From assembly GCA_030688685.1 (NCBI GenBank), contig JAUYJF010000038.1:1-47188 (forward strand): DNA of 47,188 nt. The letters run 5' to 3'. The notes beneath the pieces are model-generated. The model was not told where the DNA came from. It saw nothing but the letters and a program-made list of their open reading frames with translations, and made no database searches. This DNA comes from Candidatus Yanofskybacteria bacterium (GTDB lineage: Bacteria > Patescibacteriota > Minisyncoccia > Minisyncoccales > UBA10102). Every line of letters begins with the position of its first letter. Within the stretch, counting starts at the first letter, position 1. Made by a program: the position numbers and the translations under genes. Shown piece by piece: positions 19,301-25,781 of this stretch.

Positions 19301-19997
19301 TCGGTGTAAGCTCTACTTCAAAACCGGAATCAAGCGTGAGTTTGAGGGTATCCCGCACGCCATTGAAAAACACCTCCGTCACCTTCTTCCATCCCTTCTC
19401 GGTGAATGTTTCGTCGCCTTTCTGAACCTCCTCAATTGGAAGAAGGCCTCTCTTTGTGACAATGCGCGTGCCCTTTGCAAAGCACTGCTGTTTAATGGTT
19501 CCAAAAGCGGTATCATACACCCTCAAAAAAGACACGGGGCCTGAAGCAACCCCTTGGCTTTTCTTGGTGGGAGACATGGCAGGACGCATCTCAGACAAGT
19601 CAAAACCAAGCCCCGAGCCTGCTTGCTGGAGAAGCGCGGCGTCCCGGAGGGTTCCAAAGATGCTGTCCATGGAATCATGAATGGGAAGCACTATGCAGTT
19701 TGCCACCAAAGACGTTTCAGCCCCCGCGTTCCTCATGGTCCGACCCGCTGGCGTGTACTCCTTGCGCGCCATAATCTCATAGAAATCCTGCGCTATCTTC
19801 CTCACCCCTTCCTTATCTTTTCCGTATTTCTCTTCTACTTTGGCCAAAGCATATGCCACCCGCGCGAACATATCAGCTGGCGCTTCCTGATTCCCTTTTT
19901 CATCTACAATCAGATAGCGTTTCTTCATCATCTTTAAGGCATTCTCGGAAAAGCGGGCAGACACGGCTTCTTTCTGCTGGGAGGTGAGGGTAAGCAT
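16371..19997 (-). CDS. nrdJ: adenosylcobalamin-dependent (class II) ribonucleotide reductase, intein-containing precursor
   Basis: 1208 aa. Extein motifs include SNPCGEQ, TVAPTGS and a C-terminal CPECG...CISCHGCG tail. The conserved KQ-GGRRRGANM region is interrupted after residue 171 by a 406-aa intein. Confidence 0.9.
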   Translation of the reverse strand: MLTLTSQQKEAVSARFSENALKMMKKRYLIVDEKGNQEAPADMFARVAYALAKVEEKYGKDKEGVRKIAQDFYEIMARKEYTPAGRTMRNAGAETSLVANCIVLPIHDSMDSIFGTLRDAALLQQAGSGLGFDLSEMRPAMSPTKKSQGVASGPVSFLRVYDTAFGTIKQQCFAKGTRIVTKRGLLPIEEVQKGDETFTEKGWKKVTEVFFNGVRDTLKLTLDSGFEVELTPNHKVAVIQNGAIALKQVKDLTAEDVLLMKLGDNADANRGFQELEQVEISSSRARVIRQPEVLDEKLAYFLGLYYSDGNNDSQGIRIAIHDADSEEKGFRSLVANLFGITPFLEKHYDGCRKFHVSSQMLKRFFQKNNLLKQYAYEIEVPEKIFRSPSSVQMAFIAGFFDGDGDNGKNYRLNTSSKTFAQQLQLMLIANSIGAKIKQEQRRANWRIVYRVGVIGKDSTHRFYEKLSFHSWKIQKKEETKDFGWIFPFHPVRDLGYSWLDIKRLHDGVRSTISHSILSQIQAQALLRQAEAVVQQKIDWTGFLPVKMKSIEQAGKQEVYDFEVEDIHMINAGLYTSNSRHGANMAMMRVDHPDILDFIDCKKNEGEIRNFNISVTVTDEFMKQLQEDPAQLWYSTFKGNKMKPHKVLRHPNGAVYDAEEIDITVQELFDKLVEGAWTNGEPGIAFIDTVNKTNPLPGLGSIAVSNPCGEQFLHPYDNCNLGSINLAEFVKDGNVNWERLRFSTKTAVRLMDNVIDKFDFPVEQVTELALKNRRIGLGIMGFADMLYQLRIPYNSKEGFAMAEKVMGFINEEAHKMSQELAVEKGAFPNHEKSVFAKQNIKMRNAALTTVAPTGSIAMMFDTSSGIEPNFALAYVKQDKDGFQYRYFNRFFQKALEALHLGEEEKSRILDEVIDKGSIQDIEGLPQELKNVFVVAMDIAGSSHMEMQAAFQRNVDNSISKTINFKNEATREDVADAFVSAWKLGCKAATVYRDGSRMIQILNVGKGDNIVAPTELPNKRKEDENSNANSSGGDFNKPFVRPRPDVMTGQTYKMKTGYGSLFITINNDERGEPFEVFATIGKSGGFFQEQTEAITRLISLSLRAGVEVKEVIDSIEGIRGPMPIFTNKGTVLSLPDAIGKVLKEHIGSVREVEDVLKRPENQEVLAFAKEGSKKSMADFGFMPGCPECGNVLTMQEGCISCHGCGFSRCS
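18267..19484 (-). mobile_element. intein with LAGLIDADG homing-endonuclease domain (residues 172-577 of NrdJ)
   Basis: Block A is CFAKGTRIVT and block B is LTPNHKV. The two LAGLIDADG motifs are LAYFLGLYYSDGN and AFIAGFFDGDGD. The C-terminal block is VYDFEVEDIHMINAGLYTSN followed by Ser +1. The ligated exteins read IKQQ-SRHGANMAMMRVDHPDI. Confidence 0.85.
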
Positions 19998-20061
19998 AAG
20001 CGTGAGACGTTTGGGTTAATGTAAGATGGGGGACCTTAGGGGTTAGTACTATGACGAGGAA

Positions 20062-20514
20062 TCACACGGTTTCTTCCAGTTTTTGAATTTCCTTCTCAAA
20101 TGCCTTGGTGCTTCGGAAATTCCGATAGACAGACGCAAATCTGAGGTAGGCAACCTTGTCAAAAGCACGGAGATGAAAGAGAACGAATTTCCCAATCTGG
20201 TCTGAAGGAATGGTGTCGCGAGCCAGATTAAAGATATCGTTCTCAATATTCGCCACAATCTTCTGGAATTGCTGCTCGGTAAAGGGTCTTTTTTCAAGGG
20301 CTTTTCGCAATCCCAGCTCAAGCTTATGGCGAAGATATGGCTCTTTTGACCCGTTTCTCTTTACGATGGTCAGGCCGAGCAATTCTACCCGCTCGTACGT
20401 CGTAAAACGCTTCTCGCAATCAAGGCAAAGACGCCTTCTCTTGATCGCTTTTCCGTGTTCCGCGCTCCTGGAATTTGTAACCTTCGTAGCGTGTTGACAA
20501 ACCGGGCATCTCAT
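20062..20514 (-). CDS. nrdR: transcriptional repressor NrdR
   Basis: 150 aa with an N-terminal zinc ribbon (CPVC...CLDC) followed by an ATP-cone. Confidence 0.9.
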   Translation of the reverse strand: MRCPVCQHATKVTNSRSAEHGKAIKRRRLCLDCEKRFTTYERVELLGLTIVKRNGSKEPYLRHKLELGLRKALEKRPFTEQQFQKIVANIENDIFNLARDTIPSDQIGKFVLFHLRAFDKVAYLRFASVYRNFRSTKAFEKEIQKLEETV

Positions 20515-20532
20515 GTCTTAGGAGTTTTTCGT

Positions 20533-20550
20533 CAATATATAGTATATTTG
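20533..20550 (-). promoter_or_regulatory. AT-rich palindrome, possible NrdR box in the nrdR leader
   Basis: caatatatagtatatttg is an imperfect palindrome resembling the AT-rich core of the published NrdR-box consensus. Only one box was seen. Confidence 0.3.
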
Positions 20551-20589
20551 AATGAGATAACCCTACAACTAACTTCTGGCGTATCTCAA

Positions 20590-20617
20590 ATTTTATCACG
20601 GGGAGAACCCCTGTCAA
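20590..20617 (-). promoter_or_regulatory. sigma70-like promoter of the nrdR-nrdJ operon
   Basis: On the minus strand: TTGACA (20612-20617), 16-nt spacer, TAAAAT (20590-20595). Confidence 0.55.
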
Positions 20618-20676
20618 ACCCGTCCTGTGGATAACTAGGAGGAGTACATACCATCCCTTGATTATCCTCCTCGCCC

Positions 20677-20704
20677 TTGACTTTTCTGGGGTTTCGTGTA
20701 TACT
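20677..20704 (+). promoter_or_regulatory. sigma70-like promoter of the 3D-domain gene
   Basis: TTGACT (20677-20682), 16-nt spacer, TATACT (20699-20704). Confidence 0.5.
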
Positions 20705-20734
20705 GAAAGTATCCTCAGATATGGGGATATTTTT

Positions 20735-21226
20735 ATGAAACACACAAACCTGCAAGCAGCCGTACTGGGAGTAAGCGCCCTGTTTATGGGCACTTTCCCC
20801 TTTGTTGGTTCTCCGGCCGCTCCCCAGGACCCTCTTCTCTCTGAAGAGGACCCTCCGAGTACCGAGGACCGTAGCATTGCGGTGCAGAACGGCTCTTTTA
20901 TTGCCTCTGCTCCCCACTACGGTCCATCCTCAGTAGCCCGTACTGTCAATGTGTTCGTGACCGCGTACAACTCCTTGCCTGAGCAAACGAACGGAGATCC
21001 CTTTATTACGGCCTCCGGGGAGCGGACGCGCCATGGAATTGTCGCGGCAAACTTTCTCCCTCTTGGGACCAAGATCCGACTTCCCGCAATCTATGGAGAA
21101 CGCGTCTTTATCGTAACAGACAGGATGCACCCGAGAATGCAGGGATACGTGGATATTTGGTTTGAAGACTATTCTGAAGCAATTCAGTTTGGCAAACAAA
21201 GAACATATATTGAGGTACTCCGATAG
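20735..21226 (+). CDS. secreted 3D-domain (MltA/RlpA-like fold) cell-wall protein
   Basis: Signal peptide from the ATG at 20735 (MKHTNLQAAVLGVSALFMG). The C-terminus carries the 3D-domain pattern VFVTAYNS...TASGERTRHGIVAANFLPLGTKIRLP...VTDRM. Confidence 0.7.
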   Translation: MKHTNLQAAVLGVSALFMGTFPFVGSPAAPQDPLLSEEDPPSTEDRSIAVQNGSFIASAPHYGPSSVARTVNVFVTAYNSLPEQTNGDPFITASGERTRHGIVAANFLPLGTKIRLPAIYGERVFIVTDRMHPRMQGYVDIWFEDYSEAIQFGKQRTYIEVLR

Positions 21227-21238
21227 GACACGTCCTAC

Positions 21239-21267
21239 CAAAACACCCCTTTTCGGGGGTGTTTTGC
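21239..21267 (+). terminator. rho-independent terminator
   Basis: aaaacacccc ttttc ggggtgtttt followed by gcttt. Confidence 0.6.
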
Positions 21268-21272
21268 TTTAG

Positions 21273-21354
21273 GTGCCCGGGGTGGGATTCGAACCCACAA
21301 CCATTGCTGGCAGGGATTTTAAGTCCCCCGTGTAAACCAGTTCCACCACCCGGG
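21273..21354 (-). tRNA. tRNA-Leu(UAA)
   Basis: Acceptor GCCCGGG/CCCGGGC, anticodon loop CTTAAAA, long variable arm, T-loop TTCGAAT. Confidence 0.85.
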
Positions 21355-21389
21355 CATCCCGCCTGCGCTAAAGCTATGGCGAGGCGAGG

Positions 21390-21460
21390 GAGGCGCCAGG
21401 CAGAATCGAACTGCCGTACGAGGTTTTGCAGACCTCTGCCTGACCACTCGGCCATGGCGC
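21390..21460 (-). tRNA. tRNA-Cys(GCA)
   Basis: Acceptor GGCGCCA/TGGCGCC, anticodon loop CTGCAAA, discriminator U73, T-loop TTCGATT. Confidence 0.85.
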
Positions 21461-21476
21461 CATACCTCTTTGTATA

Positions 21477-22979
21477 TTATACCTCCCTCTGCTTTTCAAT
21501 AGAGAGTACCAGAATATCTTTCTCCTGGGGAACCTGCGAGCATTGGAACTCCATGCCGAATTCTTCGCCTTCTGGCACAAAGGACACATTTTCCTTGTTG
21601 TGCTGGATATTCAAGATCTGCCCCTCTCCAATGGTTTCCTCACCCCTCACAAGCTGAACCTTCATGTTCTTTCGGATTTCTCCAGAATGTACCTTTCCCC
21701 CAAGAATGTGCTTTGTTTTGCCTGTTTTAAAAACCGCGAGAATACGAGCCCGCCCTTTTTCCTCTTGCACAAGTTCTTTGCGCGCTTCTTGTTTTAAGAG
21801 CTCTGAAACATGGTCCGCCGCTTCGTAAATAATGGAGAAAGTCGCCACGCTGACTTTTGAGCGTTCTGCCAATTCGCGCGCCCGACTGGTCTCCTTTACT
21901 CTGAAACCCAAGATGAGGGCTTTTGCGCTCTGGGCAAAGGACACGTCATCCTCTCCGATTTCCCCTACTGCTGCTCTTACCACAGCTGTTGTCCCGTATT
22001 CTGCTGGAAGCTTTGCCACCACCTGCTCTAGGGCTTCCAGAGACCCTGTAGTGTCTGCTTTAAGGAGGAGGCGTATTGTCCGGCCCTCATCTTCTGGGAC
22101 GCTGCCTTGCTCCTTTGGTACTGGCTTCTGTTTCTTTGCTTGAAGAAAGGATACCGCCTCTTCTTTGGAATCAAAGGAGCGGAATTCCTCTCCCACAAAA
22201 GGAGCCTTTTCAAACCCAACAATGGATACGGGTTTTGCGGGTCCTGCTTCTTTGAGGGCAGTACCCTGGAAGTCCTCCATGAGCCGCACCTTTCCTATGA
22301 CCGACTCTGTGGCCACAAAGGATCCGGGCCTCAGAGTGCCCCGGCGCACCAGGAGCGTGGTTGAGGGCCCGCGCTTGGGGTCCAAAGAGGACTCTATGAC
22401 TGTTCCTACGGCATGCCCCGCGGGATCCCCTTGGAGCTCTTGCATGTCAGCCAGCAGAAGAGCAAGCTCAAGGAGCTCTGGAATCCCCTGCTTGGTAAGA
22501 GCCGAGGTTGCCGCAAACGGAACATCCCCTCCATACCCCTCGACCAGAACACCAACTTGCGAAAGCTCTTGCTTGAGACGTTCAGGATTAGCTTCCGGCT
22601 TATCTATCTTGTTTGCAACTACAATGAAGGGGATATCCGCTTTTTGGATTTGCTGAATCGCTTCCTTTGTCTGGGGCTTCACCCCCTCGTCCGCGGCAAC
22701 GACCAAAAGCGCTATATCTGCAACCTTCGCTCCCCGGGAACGCATGGCAGAAAATGCTTCGTGACCCGGAGTATCCAAAAATGTGATGGGTCTTCCCTGA
22801 TATTCTGCTTCATACGCTCCAATCTGCTGAGTGATCCCCCCGGATTCCTTAGATGTAATCTGAAAATCCTGCCTGATTGCTTCCAGGAGAGAAGATTTCC
22901 CGTGATCCACGTGCCCAAGGACCACCACGATAGGAGGCCGTATCTCGGACTTCAATTGTTTTGCGTGTGAAGATGGCAT
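21477..22979 (-). CDS. infB: translation initiation factor IF-2 (short, 500 aa)
   Basis: GTPase motifs [14 protein letters not shown] and NKID. The ORF begins essentially at the G domain, so the long N-terminal region is absent. Confidence 0.9.
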   Translation of the reverse strand: MPSSHAKQLKSEIRPPIVVVLGHVDHGKSSLLEAIRQDFQITSKESGGITQQIGAYEAEYQGRPITFLDTPGHEAFSAMRSRGAKVADIALLVVAADEGVKPQTKEAIQQIQKADIPFIVVANKIDKPEANPERLKQELSQVGVLVEGYGGDVPFAATSALTKQGIPELLELALLLADMQELQGDPAGHAVGTVIESSLDPKRGPSTTLLVRRGTLRPGSFVATESVIGKVRLMEDFQGTALKEAGPAKPVSIVGFEKAPFVGEEFRSFDSKEEAVSFLQAKKQKPVPKEQGSVPEDEGRTIRLLLKADTTGSLEALEQVVAKLPAEYGTTAVVRAAVGEIGEDDVSFAQSAKALILGFRVKETSRARELAERSKVSVATFSIIYEAADHVSELLKQEARKELVQEEKGRARILAVFKTGKTKHILGGKVHSGEIRKNMKVQLVRGEETIGEGQILNIQHNKENVSFVPEGEEFGMEFQCSQVPQEKDILVLSIEKQREV

Positions 22980-23000
22980 AGGGGCTTTCCCTCATAGTCT

Positions 23001-23396
23001 TTATTTCTTTTTTGCTTTTTTCTCTTCTTCCCCTGCTTCTCGCAATACCTCCTGCTCCTCGCGGGATAAGGTATATTCTGAAACGCCTCCCTTGACAGGC
23101 TTTGCGTACACGCGATTCGCGTCTCTGCCATAATGAGACGTCAGCACAACCCCTGTTTGCTCCCCATCAAGAAAAGCGACGGAAAAGCTCTGATTCCCTC
23201 CGATTTCCCGAAATGGATTATACCTCTGAACGTTCACCTGGATGACCGCCTTCTTCATGGATTTCTTGAATTCGTCCAGCTCCCCGGAAAGCTCTTCAAT
23301 CTTCGCTTCAAGCTGCCTGATTTTCTTTTCAGCTTCTTTGAGATCAGAAATTGATGTGTTCTTTTTTGAGAAAAGATTCATTGCGAATTGATTCAA
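23001..23396 (-). CDS. DUF4446-like protein (coiled coil plus conserved C-terminal domain)
   Basis: 131 aa. An N-terminal coiled coil is followed by VQRYNPFREIGGNQSFSVAFLD..GVVLTSHYGR, which resembles DUF4446 proteins. Confidence 0.55.
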   Translation of the reverse strand: MNQFAMNLFSKKNTSISDLKEAEKKIRQLEAKIEELSGELDEFKKSMKKAVIQVNVQRYNPFREIGGNQSFSVAFLDGEQTGVVLTSHYGRDANRVYAKPVKGGVSEYTLSREEQEVLREAGEEEKKAKKK

Positions 23397-23412
23397 TTAC
23401 TCCTCACCCTGC

Positions 23413-23496
23413 GGAGGAGGTGGGACTCGAACCCACAAGGGATTGCTCCCGCCGGTTTTCGAAACCGGTCCCTTGCCAATTAGGGGTACCCCTCCC
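23413..23496 (-). tRNA. tRNA-Ser(CGA)
   Basis: Acceptor GGAGGGG/CTCCTCC, anticodon loop TTCGAAA, long variable arm, discriminator G. Confidence 0.85.
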
Positions 23497-23550
23497 AGTC
23501 GCATGTATTGTACCCCTTTCTCCCTTCCCTGTCTATGGTATAGTAACTGA

Positions 23551-24033
23551 ATGAAAAACTACATATGGGGGGTTTTGCGGTTAGCGTTGGGCTGGATCTT
23601 TCTCTGGGCATTTTTGGATAAGGTCTTCGGCTTGGGGTTCGCCACGCAAGCAGGAAAGGGTTGGATTGACGGGGGATCGCCCACCTCTGGTTTTCTCGCA
23701 TTTGGCACAAAAGGCCCTTTTGCTGAATTCTTTCAAGGACTGGCGGGGGTTCCTTTGGTAGATTGGCTCTTTATGCTCGGGCTTTTGTTCGTTGGCGCTT
23801 CCCTTCTTTTGGGCATTTTCGTGCGCCTTGCAAGCCTCACGGGCATCACTATGCTTCTCTTTATATACACCGCGAGCGCCATCCTCCCAGAGCACAATCC
23901 TTTCCTGGACGACCATATCATCTACGCCATTATCCTGGCGGGTCTCATGACAACTCCTTCCGGACGATACCTCGGCCTCGGGGGTCTGTGGGAAAAACTT
24001 CCTCTCGTCAGGAATATGCGGATTCTCCGCTAA
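23551..24033 (+). CDS. DoxX-family membrane protein
   Basis: 160 aa with 4 TM helices and the N-terminal LRLALGWIFLWAFLDK pattern. Confidence 0.7.
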   Translation: MKNYIWGVLRLALGWIFLWAFLDKVFGLGFATQAGKGWIDGGSPTSGFLAFGTKGPFAEFFQGLAGVPLVDWLFMLGLLFVGASLLLGIFVRLASLTGITMLLFIYTASAILPEHNPFLDDHIIYAIILAGLMTTPSGRYLGLGGLWEKLPLVRNMRILR

Positions 24034-24929
24034 CGGCTCTCCCGTAAGAGGTCAGAGAGCGCCTCTTTCAATTCAGGAAAAACAAAAGAATAGCCTGCCG
24101 CTTGTATCTTTTGCGAAGAGACTTTTTGGCTTGCGAGAGAAACATCCGCGAATTCCCCAAGGGCAAAGCGCATAACCCATGCGGGAATGCGCAGGAAGTG
24201 CGGGCGCCAGATCGCTCTCGCGAGAGCGGAGGAAAACTCCTTCTGGCGCACTTGGCGGGGAGCTGCGGCGTTATAAGCCCCTTTCAGAGACCTGTTTTCA
24301 AGAGCAAAGACATAGATGCCGATAATATCCTGAAGATGGATCCAAGGGAACCACTGTTTTCCGTTGCCCCAGGATCCCCCAAGCCCAAACCGGTAGAGCG
24401 AAAGAAGCTGGGCAAGCAGTCCCGCGGAAGCAAGCACAGACGCGGTTCGGACGCGCACGACCCGAATTCCTGCGCCTTGAGCGCCTTCCGCCTCCCGTTC
24501 CCACTCCACGCAAACTCCGGAAAGGAAATCAGAACCGGGAGAACTTTCCTCAAGAAGCTCCTCTTCCCCCCGATCACCATAAAAACCGACCGCGGAGGCA
24601 GAAACCAAAACCTCCGGCTTTCTGGGAAGCTTGCGCAAGGCAGCCACGAGATTGGAGGTTCCTTTGCTTCTGCTTTCCTTGATCTGCTTTTTGAGTTCAG
24701 GGTTCCATCTCCCAAATATGTTCTTTCCCGCGAGATGAACCACAGCGTCAACGCCCGCGAATACCTCCGCGGAAGGTTCTCTATCCGCAAGGTTTCCTTG
24801 GAAGAATTCTGCGTCCGCAAGAGAACTGGGGCGCATATCTAAAATGCGCACCGTATACCCCCGCCTGAGAAGCTCTTTCGTGAGGTGTGTGCCAATAAAC
24901 CCGGATCCGCCGGTAATGAGGACGCGCAT
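24030..24929 (-). CDS. NAD-dependent epimerase/dehydratase-family protein (YfcH/TIGR01777-like)
   Basis: Rossmann motif ITGGSGFIGTHL and a C-terminal DUF1731-like end. Confidence 0.75.
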   Translation of the reverse strand: MRVLITGGSGFIGTHLTKELLRRGYTVRILDMRPSSLADAEFFQGNLADREPSAEVFAGVDAVVHLAGKNIFGRWNPELKKQIKESRSKGTSNLVAALRKLPRKPEVLVSASAVGFYGDRGEEELLEESSPGSDFLSGVCVEWEREAEGAQGAGIRVVRVRTASVLASAGLLAQLLSLYRFGLGGSWGNGKQWFPWIHLQDIIGIYVFALENRSLKGAYNAAAPRQVRQKEFSSALARAIWRPHFLRIPAWVMRFALGEFADVSLASQKVSSQKIQAAGYSFVFPELKEALSDLLRESR

Positions 24930-24980
24930 GATTATAGTATACCCGACCGCTCTCTGATTCTAAATTCTGAAAGTTCCTGT

Positions 24981-25056
24981 TGGTGGACCGTACCGGGCTC
25001 GAACCGGTGACCTCCTCGATGCCATCGAGGCGCGCTACCAACTGCGCCAACGGCCC
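24981..25056 (-). tRNA. tRNA-Ala(GGC)
   Basis: Acceptor GGGCCGT/ACGGTCC with G3:U70, anticodon loop ATGGCAT. CCA is encoded. Confidence 0.9.
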
Positions 25057-25068
25057 TTTTTGTACCGG

Positions 25069-25140
25069 TGCCCCCGGCAGGAATTGAACCTACATCGACT
25101 CGTTAGGAGTGAGCCGTTCTATCCGTTGAACTACGGGGGC
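25069..25140 (-). tRNA. tRNA-Arg(CCU)
   Basis: Acceptor GCCCCCG/CGGGGGC, anticodon loop CTCCTAA (A31-C39 mismatch), T-loop TTCAATT. Confidence 0.8.
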
Positions 25141-25207
25141 CGAACAGTGGTTTTTTACCATATCCTAAACCATTTCACAACAGAAAGAAGCTTGTGGGAA
25201 ATGGGGG

Positions 25208-25235
25208 TTGACAAGTGTTCCTTGCTCCATATAAT
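25208..25235 (+). promoter_or_regulatory. strong sigma70-like promoter in front of structured RNA copy 1
   Basis: TTGACA (25208-25213), 16-nt spacer, TATAAT (25230-25235). The predicted start near 25242 lies ~9 nt before the closing helix. Confidence 0.6.
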
Positions 25236-25250
25236 AGGGTCTGTATCGCA

Positions 25251-25552
25251 GCACCCGCACTTACCATATTACATCAGTTTGAGAAGCGCGCTACCGAGAC
25301 AAACGCAAGGCGCGACGACAAAACCTGTACCCATAGGTACGTTGAGGAGGAGTCTCGCTTTGCGAGATCTCGCGCAGCGAGACAACGAAGCGGTTGGCCG
25401 GTAGCATGCTTCCCCGGAGGGACGCCGCGTTTTTGGCCATCTTCTTTGTTGCTCGTCTCTCGTGTGCCGTATGGCACACTTCGCTCCTCGCGCCGCGAAT
25501 CTGTCTCAAAATATACGGCGTTCAAACGATGAAATATGGTAAGTGCGGGTGC
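25251..25552 (+). ncRNA. unclassified structured RNA element, copy 1 (~302 nt)
   Basis: No credible ORF. A 20-bp perfect closing helix (25251-25270 with 25533-25552) is extended by 25272-25282 with 25522-25531. An inner helix pairs 25283-25296 with 25399-25412. Hairpins lie at 25327-25340, 25352-25383 and 25462-25479. Ordered sequence blocks are shared with the inverted copy at 25782-26040, and the helices differ by compensatory changes. I saw no RNase P, tmRNA, SRP or 6S signatures. Confidence 0.6.
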
Positions 25553-25585
25553 CCAAAGGTCGATACAAACTATATCTTATTTATT

Positions 25586-25717
25586 ATGGTATACGAAGAA
25601 GATTTGGAAGTTTCTTTGTTTGAAAGCGACGGAGAAGACGAGCTCGGTGGGGACGACGCGGAAGAGCTCGTAGAGGAAACGGATGACGACGAGGACGAAG
25701 AGGATGAGGAGCTGTAA
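25586..25717 (+). CDS. hypothetical hyper-acidic micro-protein (43 aa)
   Basis: ATG at 25586, TAA at 25715. The product is MVYEEDLEVSLFESDGEDELGGDDAEELVEETDDDEDEEDEEL, with 25 of 43 residues D/E and no basic residue. It lies between the RNA copies and directly upstream of a strong terminator. There is no SD, as for most genes here. Coding status is unproven. Confidence 0.35.
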   Translation: MVYEEDLEVSLFESDGEDELGGDDAEELVEETDDDEDEEDEEL

Positions 25718-25739
25718 ATCTGTCTTGAAAAGATATCTA

Positions 25740-25774
25740 CCCGCAGGGGCATTCGTGCCCTTGTGGGTTTCTTT
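25740..25774 (+). terminator. rho-independent terminator with UUCG tetraloop
   Basis: A 12-bp stem cccgcaggggca/tgcccttgtggg with loop ttcg is followed by tttcttt. Two G-U wobbles on the plus-strand RNA would be C-A mismatches on the minus strand, so it is plus-strand biased. Confidence 0.7.
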
Positions 25775-25781
25775 AAGGAGC

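Noticed and set aside
24102-24842. 246-aa plus-strand ORF and 178-aa minus-strand alternative-frame ORF over the epimerase gene.
   Set aside because: They overlap the Rossmann-fold epimerase ORF. Their sequences are Arg/Ser/Pro-rich with no domain pattern.
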